From NCBI GenBank assembly GCA_012026655.1, contig JAAILG010001603.1, positions 1-64,000 of the forward strand: 64,000 nt of DNA, in the 5' to 3' direction. A model generated the notes under the pieces. That model had not been told where the DNA came from. It worked only from the letters and a program-made list of their open reading frames with translations, and searched no databases. The DNA is from Hydrolagus affinis. Its lineage: Eukaryota. This document shows positions 51,640 to 63,075 of this stretch, one piece after another. Numbering within the stretch: the stretch's first letter is position 1; every line of letters begins with the position of its first letter. Both the position numbers and the translations under genes were made by a program.

Positions 51640-51950
51640 GGTAATAATCCTTGAATTTGATGTAGCAATTTTTACCTTTAAAATGAGTCTTAAAGTGCTT
51701 CACAGGATTTACTGTAAAGTGTAGTGTCTGATTATTTTGTGATCTTGAAAGGTGCAGAAGTGTCTCGCAAACAGCCATGAAGTGAATGGCCAATTTTATT
51801 TAAGTAGGATTGTTGGCTGGGAGAAACTGGCTTCTCTTTTTGAATACTAACATGTATCTGAACAAGTAAAATAGTTGTATTCGAAGGATGGCACCTCCAA
51901 CAATGCAACAGACACTCCCAGCACTGCACTTGCGTGTCCGAGTGGACTAT
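51640..51950 (-). mobile_element. Old Deu-domain SINE
   Basis: Reverse tail plus 'cgaaggatggcacctccaacaatgcaacagacactcccagcactgcact'. Confidence 0.7.
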
Positions 51951-53017
51951 ATATTCATGATTCAATCATTATCCTTTGTTGTTTCAGCAATACTTTTCCC
52001 TATTTATTGAAAAAGGTTCTGTTTATTGAGATCCGATTGTCTCCTTTATTTAAACAAGTTGTGGGGTGGTCGACTGCCTCAATACAGTAGCTGCCATTTA
52101 AGAAGTAGTAAGGGTTCTCCTTTTCCCCCAAATAAATCAAGTTTTATGCATGCTAACTGCAATGTAGATGCTGATTACATCGTCTGTGAGGCACATAATG
52201 TTTTGTTTTGTGAACATTATAATTGGTTAAGAGCCTTTTATAAAAGTCAGTTTGACACCGCTTCCGTTTGTCATTAATGTTCTCAAGGTTCCCAGTCTCA
52301 GACATAACATCATGCAAAATATTGGGGATTTGTGCATTTTTTTTAGACCTTTAAGACTTTCATTCCTATGTATGACATAAATAATATGCTGCGGAACAAG
52401 GGACAAGACAGCACTTTGAATCTTGACATTCTGCTTGTGTTCAAATGATAGAATTATGGTTTCAGATCTACACAATTGAATAGCAGTTATGTCTTCCACA
52501 ACAAACATTAAACTGTATTTAGTTACCAAACTATGATACTCATAATACCTCAGATATATTGTTCAAATAAACAAATTTGGCGAAACAAGTTTTATTTATA
52601 CAGTACAAGTGTTTTTTCTATACTAGAGGCTTTTAAAATTAAAATAGAGTACAGAATTTAAGTACTGTAATTGGATTATTCATTCAAAAGCATTATAATA
52701 AGATAGTTGATTAACCCAATACAGACTAATCTCTTATCTGTAGCACAATGAAGTGAATTGAAAGCCTGTGAAAGAAAAGTGGGGATTAGTAGCCTATTAT
52801 GAATGTTTGTATTTGTGATTACAATGGGGAGTTTTAAAAGCCACTTCATAATTAATATCTTGTGTCATTTCAAAGAAGGTGTTCAAATGGCAGATGAGCA
52901 TGTAAAACAGAAGTAATTATGTACCTTTATGTATGGTTGTCATAGTTTCATAGAAACTGGATGGGTGATTGAGAAGAACCAATGGTCTACTACCATCTGC
53001 AATTGTTACTGCATTAC

Positions 53018-53114
53018 CGCAGGTTGAAAGTACAAACATTGACTGGCATTCTGTTGGGTCCCGGTTTTATTTGGTCTCCCTGCGCGGATAATTTCTTGAA
53101 AACGGCATCAAATT
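53018..53114 (-). CDS. Putative coding exon, unidentified gene (xFDAVFKKLSAQGDQIKPGPNRMPVNVCTFNLR)
   Basis: Acceptor 'ttcccttccccattttccattcaaatag|', donor 'gcg|gtaatg'; only one open frame; several retained CpGs in an otherwise CpG-poor region. Confidence 0.45.
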
Positions 53115-53289
53115 CTATTTGAATGGAAAATGGGGAAGGGAACTTCTGATGCATGGATTTGAATTTAAATACGTGAAAATCCCACTTCAAATTAAGCATT
53201 TATTTTGAATCTGTACTGCAATCTATCACAGCAGGGAATCACTAGGGATGACAAGATAGGATTGTTTTTGTTGGACCACAGAATGTTAG

Positions 53290-53546
53290 CCTGCCCCCAC
53301 ACTCTGGAACTCCATCCCACACTCCCTTCTCCTCACTCCCTCCCTCGCCTCCTTCAACACCGGTCTCAAGACCCTCCTCTTCGACCGTGCTGCCCTCCCA
53401 ACTCTCTCCCTCCCCTCCTAACACTCTCCCACCCCTCCCCACTACCCTGCCCCTCCCTCTTGCTCGGGTCCCAACCTGATTGTTCAGCGCCTTGGGCTGT
53501 CCTCCAGATATGAAAGGCGTTCTATAAATGTAATTTTGTTGTTGTT
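53290..53546 (+). mobile_element. L2 3' fragment
   Basis: 'cacactctggaactcc...ctcaagaccctcctcttcgaccgtgc...tgaaaggcgttctataaatgtaattttgttgttg'. Confidence 0.9.
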
Positions 53547-54044
53547 AAGCTGGTCCAATAGTAGCTTTGAACCATGCTTAGGAGCCATTTCCAGGTGTAT
53601 TTGTTTCTCCCTCCCTCTCTTCTGCCTGTGTCTCAGAGCAGCTCATTCCTGCTGTTTCAGAAATCAACAGGAGAGCTAGTTGAACGTGAGGATCCCAATT
53701 TAGCCCTTGTGCACTCAATACAGAGACACTGCCCCCAACTTGCTTTCTTTTGTATGTTTTGGCAACCAAACAATGCAAATATTAATGAACTATTGTTGAG
53801 GTTACAGGTATCTTAGAAAAAAAGGTTGTTTGGTGCATTAAAATAAACCTAAAAGGAGCATTAATAAATCTTGTATGAAGTGGAGTTTATTCACTGCTTC
53901 CAACACTCCTCAAATAAAAAAAAAGTTTAAAAAATTGGTCATTTCAAACCACGACTGTTTGTGGGATATAGCTGTGTGCAATTGGCTGCCACGGTTTCAC
54001 CCACAAATATATACTGTAAATACCCGCGTATATGGCACACTCGC

Positions 54045-54144
54045 NNNNNNNNNNNNNNNNNNNNNNNNNNNNNNNNNNNNNNNNNNNNNNNNNNNNNNNN
54101 NNNNNNNNNNNNNNNNNNNNNNNNNNNNNNNNNNNNNNNNNNNN
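54045..54144. other. Assembly gap (100 N)
   Basis: Run of N. Confidence 1.
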
Positions 54145-54327
54145 AGGCAGGGAGGGAGGGAGAGAGGGAGGCAGGCAGCCAGGGAGGGAGAGAGGGAGAC
54201 AGGCAGGGAGGCAGGGCAGGCAGGCAGACAGGGAGAGGGAGAGAGGGAGACAGGCAGGCAGGAAGAGAGGCAGGCAGGAAGAGAGGCAGGGAGGGAGGGA
54301 GGGAGGCAGGCAGGCAGGCAGCCAGGG
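54145..54327. repeat. (AGGC/AGGG/AGAG)n purine-rich microsatellite
   Basis: Tetranucleotide units between two gaps. Confidence 0.95.
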
Positions 54328-54457
54328 NNNNNNNNNNNNNNNNNNNNNNNNNNNNNNNNNNNNNNNNNNNNNNNNNNNNNNNNNNNNNNNNNNNNNNNNN
54401 NNNNNNNNNNNNNNNNNNNNNNNNNNNNNNNNNNNNNNNNNNNNNNNNNNNNNNNNN
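54328..54457. other. Assembly gap (130 N)
   Basis: Run of N. Confidence 1.
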
Positions 54458-55065
54458 GGCAGGCGAGGGAGGCAGACTGGGTTAGGCAGAAGGCAGGCAG
54501 CAGACACAGCACTGTAGTCCGCTGCTGCTGCCGCTGCCCGGGCGGCCGAGGCCGAAGCCCTGTCACCCGCTCCTCCCAACCACTGCCGGACACAGTGTCC
54601 AAGCCCCGGCTGACAGTGCGCCGGCCGCCCCTCCTGTTTACTGTATTTCCGAGGCTCAAAATTTCTTGTACCTGCGTATAGGGTGCACCCCCAACTTTCG
54701 AGATCTTCCGACGTGAAAAAAAGTGCGCCTTATACGCGGGTATTTACGGTAGTCAATTCACTTTACAGTATATTCTGTGAAGAGCTTTGAGATGTCTAGA
54801 GGATATAAAAAGCGCTATATCAAATCAAGGATTACTATTATTATATCAGCTATCAATACAGAAGAAGGTCATTTCTCTGTGGAGTATTGAGAGTGATTTA
54901 ACTGATTTGACAAACATTTTCCCTTTTTGCAAAAAAACACTAATTGTTTTTCTGTTACATGATATAAAATTAACATAGTTAATGTTCGACATCAACTTGG
55001 AGAAGTTGCACAAGGGATTTCAGATGTAATTAAATTGCTTCAAACTCCAGCTGTACTTAAATTAC

Positions 55066-55127
55066 CACCTGGAAAATGTGCAGCAGTCTCAATTGTGTAC
55101 AAGTAATAGTTTGAATAGAAAATTAGC
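55066..55127 (-). CDS. Weak candidate coding exon (LIFYSNYYLYTIETAAHFPG)
   Basis: 'ttaattttag|' ... 'gtg|gtaatt'; phase-compatible with 53018-53114 (giving ...HFPG-EFDAVF...) but not with 58100-58266. Confidence 0.18.
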
Positions 55128-55164
55128 CTAAAATTAACAGTGTGCTCCTGCCACTTTAAACCAA

Positions 55165-55450
55165 CGTGAAAGACTGATTTGGCCAACACTGGACTGCTCC
55201 ACGTCCCCCCAGCTCTATCTGCTGACAGGCAAACATTACCACTGTCAGACTGGAATTCTTTTTCCAGGTCCTTCCAATTTCCTCCCTCCCGACTTTCAAG
55301 GTACGCCTCAAAATGTACCCCTGTGACCATGCTTTCAATTATCTTTCCTCTCCTTGCTCTCCCTCAGCTCCCGCTGAGCTTGGATGCCCAGGCGGAATTC
55401 TCAAGCACTTTGAAACGTTGTCCTGACTTGAAAGGCTCTGCACATGTTTG
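55165..55450 (+). mobile_element. Old L2 3' fragment
   Basis: ORF track shows TGLLHVPP..DWNSF; tail 'cactttgaaacgttgtcctgacttgaaaggctct'. Confidence 0.7.
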
Positions 55451-55456
55451 AATTGT

Positions 55457-55745
55457 AATAATAATAATAATAATCCTTACAGTTATATAGCCCTTTCCAC
55501 GTCTTATCGACGTCTCAAAGCGCTTCACAGAATACAACAACGTCCCAGGGTTGGGACCAGAGCAGGGTGGGGGGAGAAGACAAGAGGGAAGAAAGGTGGG
55601 AGAAGAGGTAGGGACCAGAGCAGCGGGAGAGGGGTTGTGGTTGGGGGAAGGAAAGTAGGAAAATTGACTATATTTGTGGGAGAAACGCGGCACAACAGTG
55701 TCCTACAAACAGTCATGGTAGAAGTGGGGTTTGGGGAGAAAGGGG
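55457..55745 (-). mobile_element. Chimeric SINE with an L2-like purine insert
   Basis: Same two junctions as 48210-48375. Confidence 0.75.
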
Positions 55746-56054
55746 GAAAAGAGGATAAGGGGGAAGAGGGAGGAAAATGTGGGGTAAAATCAGGGTGGAA
55801 AAGGGAGGAGAAATATATAGTATAATATATATGAATGTACAATATACTACTGTATCTTGTATTGTAATGTGCTCTTGCTAATCAGTTAGATGGGAATATG
55901 CAATTTTGTACAGAATACAAAATACTTTTGAGTATGGAAACAATACCAGGTGAAGTAAATAAGGCAACAAAGAATGATTTGATTCACTCCTTCCACTACT
56001 CGTAAGTCGTATCCTTTTATAGACTTCACCCCAAAGCATAGGGATGGTTATTTG

Positions 56055-56187
56055 AGAAGGACAGGCTCGTGGGGTTATGGGGAGAGAGCCGGGGAATGGG
56101 ATTGACCTGAATAGCTCTTTTCAGGTCACAGACTCGATGGGCCTAATGGCCTCCTTTTGTGTTGAGACATTTTATGATTCTATGATC
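56055..56187 (+). mobile_element. CR1 3' end
   Basis: 'ggttatggggagagagccggggaatggga...gatgggcctaatggcctcctt...tttatgattctatgat' including the CR1 terminal octamer. Confidence 0.85.
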
Positions 56188-56824
56188 CTCAAAATTAAAC
56201 AAACAAAATTGCACCCATACCAACAACTCACCTACTGCAATGGTAACCTCAATCCTTCTCCACCTGCTGCCCCAGAAACACAGTCATTGTGACCTATGTG
56301 GGATTTGTTCATTTTAGTTTATATTAGCTCGACAAGATCTCTTTTGAGATGTCACTTTTGAAGGCTCAAGAGCTTTAGCTTATCTCTTCATTTCTCAGAG
56401 CGTATCCCGCTAACATTGGAGATCAGCCTTGTTGCTTTCCTGTGCACTGCCTTTAGGTAGTTCTCTTATGTCACAGTGACCAGACCTTGAGATTCAAATT
56501 ATTCTTGGTTTAATCCGGACAGATATATCCTGAATTAATTGTATTTTTGTTTGAAATCATGTGGTACCGATATAATTCTGCTGTAGAAAAAAACCGATTG
56601 ATGAAATATTCAAAATTATAAGTGAAGAAAAATAACTTTGGTAGATAATTGATGGAAATGGAAGCTATCATTCTAGAGGTGAAAGAAGATTCTATCTTTG
56701 GTTAAGTATACAAGAAGAATTGCCAGTAAGAGTTAATATAGTTTCCCACAGAAAATCAAGGCAAGCCCAAAGCCCTAACACCTCAAGCTGTACTTTTGGG
56801 TGTCTGAGCAACTGATTATACAGT

Positions 56825-56907
56825 AACACTCAGTAGGTCAGGCAGCATCTATGGAGAAATGAAAGTGGGTCAATGTTTCAGGTCCATGAACCTTCATCAG
56901 AACTGGG
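56825..56907 (-). mobile_element. Penelope-like terminal repeat carrying a degenerate hammerhead ribozyme core
   Basis: Minus strand reads cagtt-CTGATGA-aggtt(catg)gacct-GAAAC-att; homologous to the 7637-7746 arm. Confidence 0.7.
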
Positions 56908-58099
56908 AGATGTTCGGAGGGAGATGCTTTAAGGATTATACAGCAACCTTGATAAGATCAACCTCTCGACCAGTGATAGATGGGAGACCTTAAAAAAAGA
57001 CAGTCCCAAGAAAATGAAGGGAAATATATTTTTAAAAACAAATTGTTCTGGAATCCCTATGGAATATTCAGCAATTCATGGGTTAAATGTCACATCACTT
57101 TATAGTCGATCTTCATTACAGATAAAGTACATTTTATTAAAAGACAAGTTATTGGACGAAAAAGCCTTTCGGCGGAGTCTGAAGGCATATCAAACTTCTT
57201 TTCTTTTGTCTCGACTGCTGCAATTTGCCTTTTATTGCAACAGAAGTCAAAGACCTTGCCTTTAAATTAGTCTCTGTGGCATGAGAGGAAAAGGTTTTAG
57301 GGTTAACAGCAATTGTAGTTGCCTTGTAAGAAGCCTATTTCAGACCCCAGCAGAGCGGGTAGTGAAGTGTGATAATGTTAGGGTGAAAATAATGCATTGC
57401 AGGTAAACGCAGTGCATATGCCAATTTGCGCCTATTACAAAGCTGAACTGTCAGTAGCCAATTTGTTTCTACCGAAAAAATATGTTCACGAAAGTAGAAC
57501 AAGGGATTGCTTCAACATTGCACAGGCTTATAATTTCAGATGTAAGGAAAAGTGTTTCATGCAATGCTCACTGTATGTTTTATCACAAAGGAGAAAGGAG
57601 GTTACACAGTGGCTGCTCATGGTGCATGAGCATCTTCATTCATATGTGGCAGTTGTCTCTGCTAACCAGGAATGAGAGACAGTTTTTTTTTCATAGCTGT
57701 TCTTTGCTGAAGAATTCGTGGCAACACGTCGTCAACTAGAAATAATATGTATTTTTCTGGGAAATTGAATTCATGCTAATATTTAAAATTAATTACACCT
57801 TAATTTTTGTTTACTTTAACCAAGTGACACACTAGCTACCATTGTATACAAAACTTTTACCGCAATAAATCAGACTAATGTCATAGTAGGGAATGTCTCC
57901 TGCCCATGCCAGACCTGTAGCAGCTGATGTTTCCTTTCCTAATGACTGTTTGCCATTTTAAAAATTTATCATTAAAATGGTTAGTTTCCCAAAATCTGCT
58001 TTTTTTTATATGAACACATATCAGGTTTGAGATGTATTTACAACAAATAATTTGATATCGCTGCTTTTCTTTACAAACAATGCCAGCATTGTCACTCAC

Positions 58100-58266
58100 A
58101 CAGATAGACGCCCGAAGACTTGGGATCTTGGCTGTATGATTGGATGAGAAACAAAGGGACCAGCGTTGCAGTGTTGATGTTGCCGTAATTAGCAGTGCTA
58201 CTGTTCAGTTCATAGACAAAGCCACGAATTGTAAAATGCTGAACTCTGTTACTGAACGCTATGTTT
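58100..58266 (-). CDS. Putative coding exon, unidentified gene (NIAFSNRVQHFTIRGFVYELNSSTANYGNINTATLVPLFLIQSYSQDPKSSGVYL)
   Basis: 'attctatttag|' ... 'tgt|gtgagt'; 167 nt with one frame open throughout and the other two closed early. Confidence 0.4.
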
Positions 58267-61193
58267 CTAAATAGAATGCCGTTAACAAAATCACAAAATG
58301 GGTAATTACATGATAAAATAAGCTTTAAATAGAATTCCTTAAGCTCCGTTTCCTCAGTGTTGAGGCATTTACAGTACTTTCTTTGGCACTAGCGGGATGT
58401 AATTTGGGCCGACATACAATGTTGAAATGCCATTGTTTTTATAATGTACTTAGGCAGAGGAAAAGAGAGGATCAAAAACATGCTGTATTCTTCAGTGATG
58501 ATTGAAGTTGATCAATTTGAACCTGGGACTGTGCATATTAGATTATAACTCTTCTCCAAACTTACTAAAATGTGAAACTAAACGATTAGTTTCACAGTGA
58601 AAGCTTATTTCATTAGTGAGTCCTTCAGTCTAGCTCTTGTCTGGTAACATTACGTGCAGTATGTTACATGTACGGTACATTATTTATTCATTTTTTGGAC
58701 TCCAGATAAATGGAGTGTAACACTGGAACAAGAAATGTATTCCTTTTGGAGAAAGCTTTGATGAATGTGTGCTCTACATCTATCTTGCTTTGGCAAATGA
58801 CAAATACAGTGCCCTCTGGGGGCTCAGGCACCCCACCCCCATTTAAGCGCTTTGCAGCCCAATATATTTACTATTTGGTGCAAAGCAACCACACTTTGTC
58901 CTTATTGATTTCAATGCCTGTTCATTAGTTTCACAGAGAACAGAAGCTGCATTGGTAATCCATAACTGATAGGGCTAAAGTCACGTGACAGACGCAGGCT
59001 ATCATTCAAGCATTCTTATCTTAACAAGAAAGCAGTAAGCAGTTTGTTTACACTGCGTTGGTATTGCTGCGTGCCACTTAGGGTGTTATTTTCCATTTAT
59101 GAATTTTCTGGTCGCTGTAATGCCACCCGCCCACAACAGTGTCCTCAAAGGAAATACAAACAACCAAGCTGCCTAGGCTTATCCAGCACAACTAAACACA
59201 TGAAACAGAACCTAGCTCCTGTAAAATATATCATACTTTTGCCTAATTTATAAATATGATATGGATCCTGATGAATGATCTAACCTTGTTTGACTGTAGT
59301 AATCCTTGAGGTTTTTTTTCTTTTTAATTTGTTGAGACTGAAAATTGACAGTGCAGTTGCTTGTGTAGCCTGGTGATTTGTTCAAGTAAAAGGATGAATT
59401 AATTTTAAATCAGTACATCCTTGCTCCAGAATTACCTCCCAAGGAAACAGTGTTACGTTTCATAAATAGATGAAACATCATAAATAGATGTTTGATATGA
59501 GGCTCTGGAGTCCCAGCAACTCAGTACAGATCTGTAATATAATTGTTCATTTATTTTAAATGTTCATTCTTACTGGGCATTGCTGTGTTCTATCAAATTG
59601 TATTCAAAATGTAATGTTTGTTGGTAATGATAAAGTATTCATTTGTTTTGTGACTGTTGCTAAAGTGGAGTTTCCCCGAGTGCAGTTTGCATTGGCTGAA
59701 TTTTGCTTATTACATAAATTTTGTTGTAATTATTTTCTCAAACTTTTATGAAATTTTCACCCACTTCCTTCTCTTGTACAATGTTGGTTACCCTGACCAA
59801 GAGGGCTATACCAAATCACTCCGATGCCCACTGTTATATTGTTAGCTGATGTGTTTCAACCATAAAACGCAAAGTCATTACACTTTACAGTATATTCTGT
59901 GAAGTGCCTTGAAATGTCTCGAAGACGTGATAAGGATATCAACTGCAAGGATTATTATTATTAACATACTCAAGGGAGACAGTATAAGCAGGGCATTAAG
60001 CCCTGCCAGGTGGTCACCTTTCATCTTTGTTTTCTTCCGTATTAGTGAATCATTTCCTTGTACTTTTGCTTTCCGATGACTTTGGCTGATTATGAATTGT
60101 CCGTACGGGAAATTAGGGATTTGAAATTTGTATGCTACCACTCAACGAACAGCTTGGTGGAACACTAATACATTGCACTAAATAACAGGTTTTATCTTCC
60201 ACTATAGCACTTCAAGATTTAAAGTTTTCTCTTACAACTTGGTATGTATCTGGATTGCATTTCAATTGAGATCTGCAATAAACAAAGATTGAAAGACCAT
60301 GTTAAAGTGCAACTGTTTCATTCGATCGCTTGTGTTTTTCTGTAACTACATTTCATTTCCTATTCTAAACTCTCAGTGATTCTGTCAGTTAACAAATGGA
60401 ACAGAGCGGGTAGATCTGGAATATAATGAACAAAAATGGTGTAAAAGAGTTTTAAACATGTCAATATTAGTGTTTAAAATTGCATTTAAACACTGACATC
60501 ATTAAAATCCCAGTATTCGGACACCTTCAATTTAATACTGTATTGCCATTAGATCCTGTTTCATGTAAAAATCCATTTCCATTTTAAAAGTCAATTTTTT
60601 TTACAACAAGCATTAACCTCCGACTAGGTATTGCACAGCATTTTAAAATGAAGCCATAGGCAGAATATTTATGTAGAGAACACAATGTAAATTCTTACAA
60701 TCAGTATTCTGAGAGAATTTAGGGGGGATTTTACTCCTATTGGTAAAATTAACACATGAATAGCAATAGGAAGAAATTGGAGTTTTAGGGGCACAGAACT
60801 ATAACGGGTTTAGAAATTTCAATTTTCCACTAATGTTATTAGTGGCTAATAGCAGTTTCCAAATACATTGTGCAAAAAACAATTAATTCATTCATTTGTT
60901 GCTGGAAACGAATTAAGCAGAGATATCAGCAATTTTCTGTTGACTCTGAGGCTTATCAAATAGTATGAAATAAAAAGTATTTAAATCAGTTTCAGTACTC
61001 ATAAAGAATTGGATGCAATCACGGAATGCTGCAACCTCTGCACAGTACAGTATTGCAAACACGTCTCTACTTAGAACACGTCATTTGTATCTATAGCAGG
61101 TGCTATTGTTTTTATTAGAGGAGCAAATGGTGATGAGCTGATGTGGCTTTGAGGGCCCCATATGAGAAATTGAGTTGTGTGAGTACTACTCAC

Positions 61194-61211
61194 CTCCTCA
61201 GTCTCAGGCAT
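61194..61211 (-). CDS. Possible first coding segment (MPETEE)
   Basis: 'gaaaATG' (A at -3) followed after 6 codons by consensus donor 'gag|gtgagt', 2.2 kb downstream of the CpG promoter on the minus strand. Confidence 0.25.
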
Positions 61212-61288
61212 TTTCCACTGTAGCTAATTTCTCATCAAGCACAACATGGTTGGAATTTTGTAAGTGTGGAAATGTCTCCATCACTTCC

Positions 61289-61610
61289 TGAAGTCCTGTG
61301 GCTCAGTGGTCAGAGCACTCGGATCACAATCGAGAGAACTGGGTTTGATTCCTGGCAGGCGAAATGTTGGGCAAGTTGAAACGCCTGTTTACCTAGCAGT
61401 AAGTATGAACCCGGTTGTTAGTGGATAGGCGGATCACTTTTCCAGGCATCAATGACTTAATCCATGACTGATTGTGCGACACTGCTGTGCACAATTGGCT
61501 GATGTATTTTCCCCACAAAACATAATCAATTCACTTTACAGTATACTCTTTGAAGTGTTTTGAGACGTCTAGAAGACACAAGGCACTATATCAAATGCAA
61601 GATTATTATT
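61289..61610 (+). mobile_element. SINE, long CORE-like subfamily
   Basis: Insert 'gcctgtttacctagcagtaagtatgaacccggttgttag'. Confidence 0.85.
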
Positions 61611-62494
61611 AAAGCCCATTTTCTGTGTATTCCTCTATTCCTGCTTCATTGTGTGGTTGTTTTCTTATATACGCACATATGAAGCCAGTTAGGAGCTTCT
61701 TGTGACTTTTGACTTGCTACTTACATCTTGCAAACCCGTAGGTGGCCTGGCATGCTCGGTGGAAATTCAGATTTATGTTTGATAATCAGTTGGATTTACA
61801 AGTTTTTTCTTCTTAATGGGCCTAATGTTCAACATGAGGATACCCCCTTCTCCAAACTGCGAGTATATTATGTAGTTTATTTACTCATCATTAATGCAAG
61901 CTTAAAAAGTATACATTATAGAAGAGACTTAGTCTCTGAAAACACACTGGGAAGTTTACTTCAGGCGACTGAAGTTACATGACAAAAAATCTCCCTCACA
62001 AAAATAATTGATATAAAGTGTTGATGGACGCCAAACTAAATATACAACTAAAGTAATATTTAACAAACAACATGTGGAATTATAACAAAGCTAAAGGAGG
62101 CAGTAACTGTAAGTGTAAATATATGGAATGTAAACTGCATCCTTATTTATGAAGTAGTTCATTTCTTTTCACATAATTCTTAGCACAAGGCGATCTCTGT
62201 ACAGCCCAGGGTGTCATTTCAATCAGGAAGAAGTGAGGCAGGGTGCACTTCCTGATTTTAACCAGGAGATCCTGTAAGAGAGTGTTTGCTAAGTAGCATC
62301 AGTTTCAGTATATACTCAGATGATTCCACTTATAGGCTAATTGAAAATAAGTCATCTTTTTTTTAAAAAAAGGGCACCAACTGAGTGTTAGCTATAAACA
62401 CTGTAAAACCACAAAGGGATTGCATTAGAAAGAGAATATTGTCTCTCGTGCAGTCCATATACTATGAAATCAACGGTGAGTAGCAGATGCATCG

Positions 62495-62750
62495 ATTGGT
62501 CAAAGAGGAAGGTTTTCAGGTGGGCCTTGAAAAAAGGGAGTGGGGGCAAGACGGAGGGATTAGGGGAGAGCGTTCCAGTTTGGGGATGTGGTGGCTGACA
62601 ATGCAGCCTCCAATGGTGGAGCGGAGGGGGTGAGGGACGAGCAGGAGGCCAGTGCCAGTCGTGTGGAGGCGCAGGGAGGTGGATTGGAAGGTCGGAGAGG
62701 TAGGGAGTTGCCAGGGAGTGAAGGGATTTGAACACGAGTGCAAGTAAGAG
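62495..62750 (-). mobile_element. L2 ORF2 C-terminal fragment
   Basis: ORF track shows LVFKSLHSLATPYLSDL...FKAHLKTFLFD. Confidence 0.88.
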
Positions 62751-62771
62751 TGTAGTAGTTGTAGCAGGCCT

Positions 62772-63075
62772 GTGGAGTCCTGTAGCCCAGTGGTTAGAGC
62801 GCTCACCTTTCAAACAAGAGACCTGGGTTCGATTCCCAGCAGATCAGAGGGAAACCTTGAGCAAGTTTCCTTAACTCCACACACCTGATAATAATCCCTC
62901 AAAAAAAATTGGGCCATTGCAATCCACGAGTTTGTGGGGACACAGCTGTGTGCAATTGGCTGCTGTGTTTCGCCCACAAATATAGTCAATTCCCTTTACA
63001 GTATATTCTGAGAAAGTGCTTTGAGTCGTCTAGAAGTCGTGATAAGGCGCTGTATCAAATGGAAGGATTATTATT
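62772..63075 (+). mobile_element. Full-length SINE
   Basis: Head-to-tail consensus match. Confidence 0.9.

Larger units (their letters stand above)
54014..54749. mobile_element. Non-autonomous Tc1/mariner-pogo-type DNA transposon (MITE), 28-bp TIRs, TA TSD
   Basis: Left 'ctgtaaatacccgcgtatatggcacact' vs reverse complement of right 'ccgtaaatacccgcgtataaggcgcact' (25/28 identical); TA at 54012-54013 and 54750-54751. Confidence 0.9.
53900..54843 (+). mobile_element. 5'-truncated SINE split by a MITE insertion
   Basis: SINE sequence '...ccacaaatatata' resumes as 'tagtcaattcactttacag' after the MITE. Confidence 0.88.

Noticed and set aside
53875-54681. Several 160-270-aa ORFs
   Set aside because: Artefacts of N gaps and a stop-free purine microsatellite
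60018-60177. Minus-strand exon-like segment in frame with MPETEE containing a single in-frame TGA (selenocysteine or read-through idea)
   Set aside because: Weak donor (gtgacc), end phase incompatible with the 58.2-kb exon, no SECIS seen and no selenoprotein-like motif
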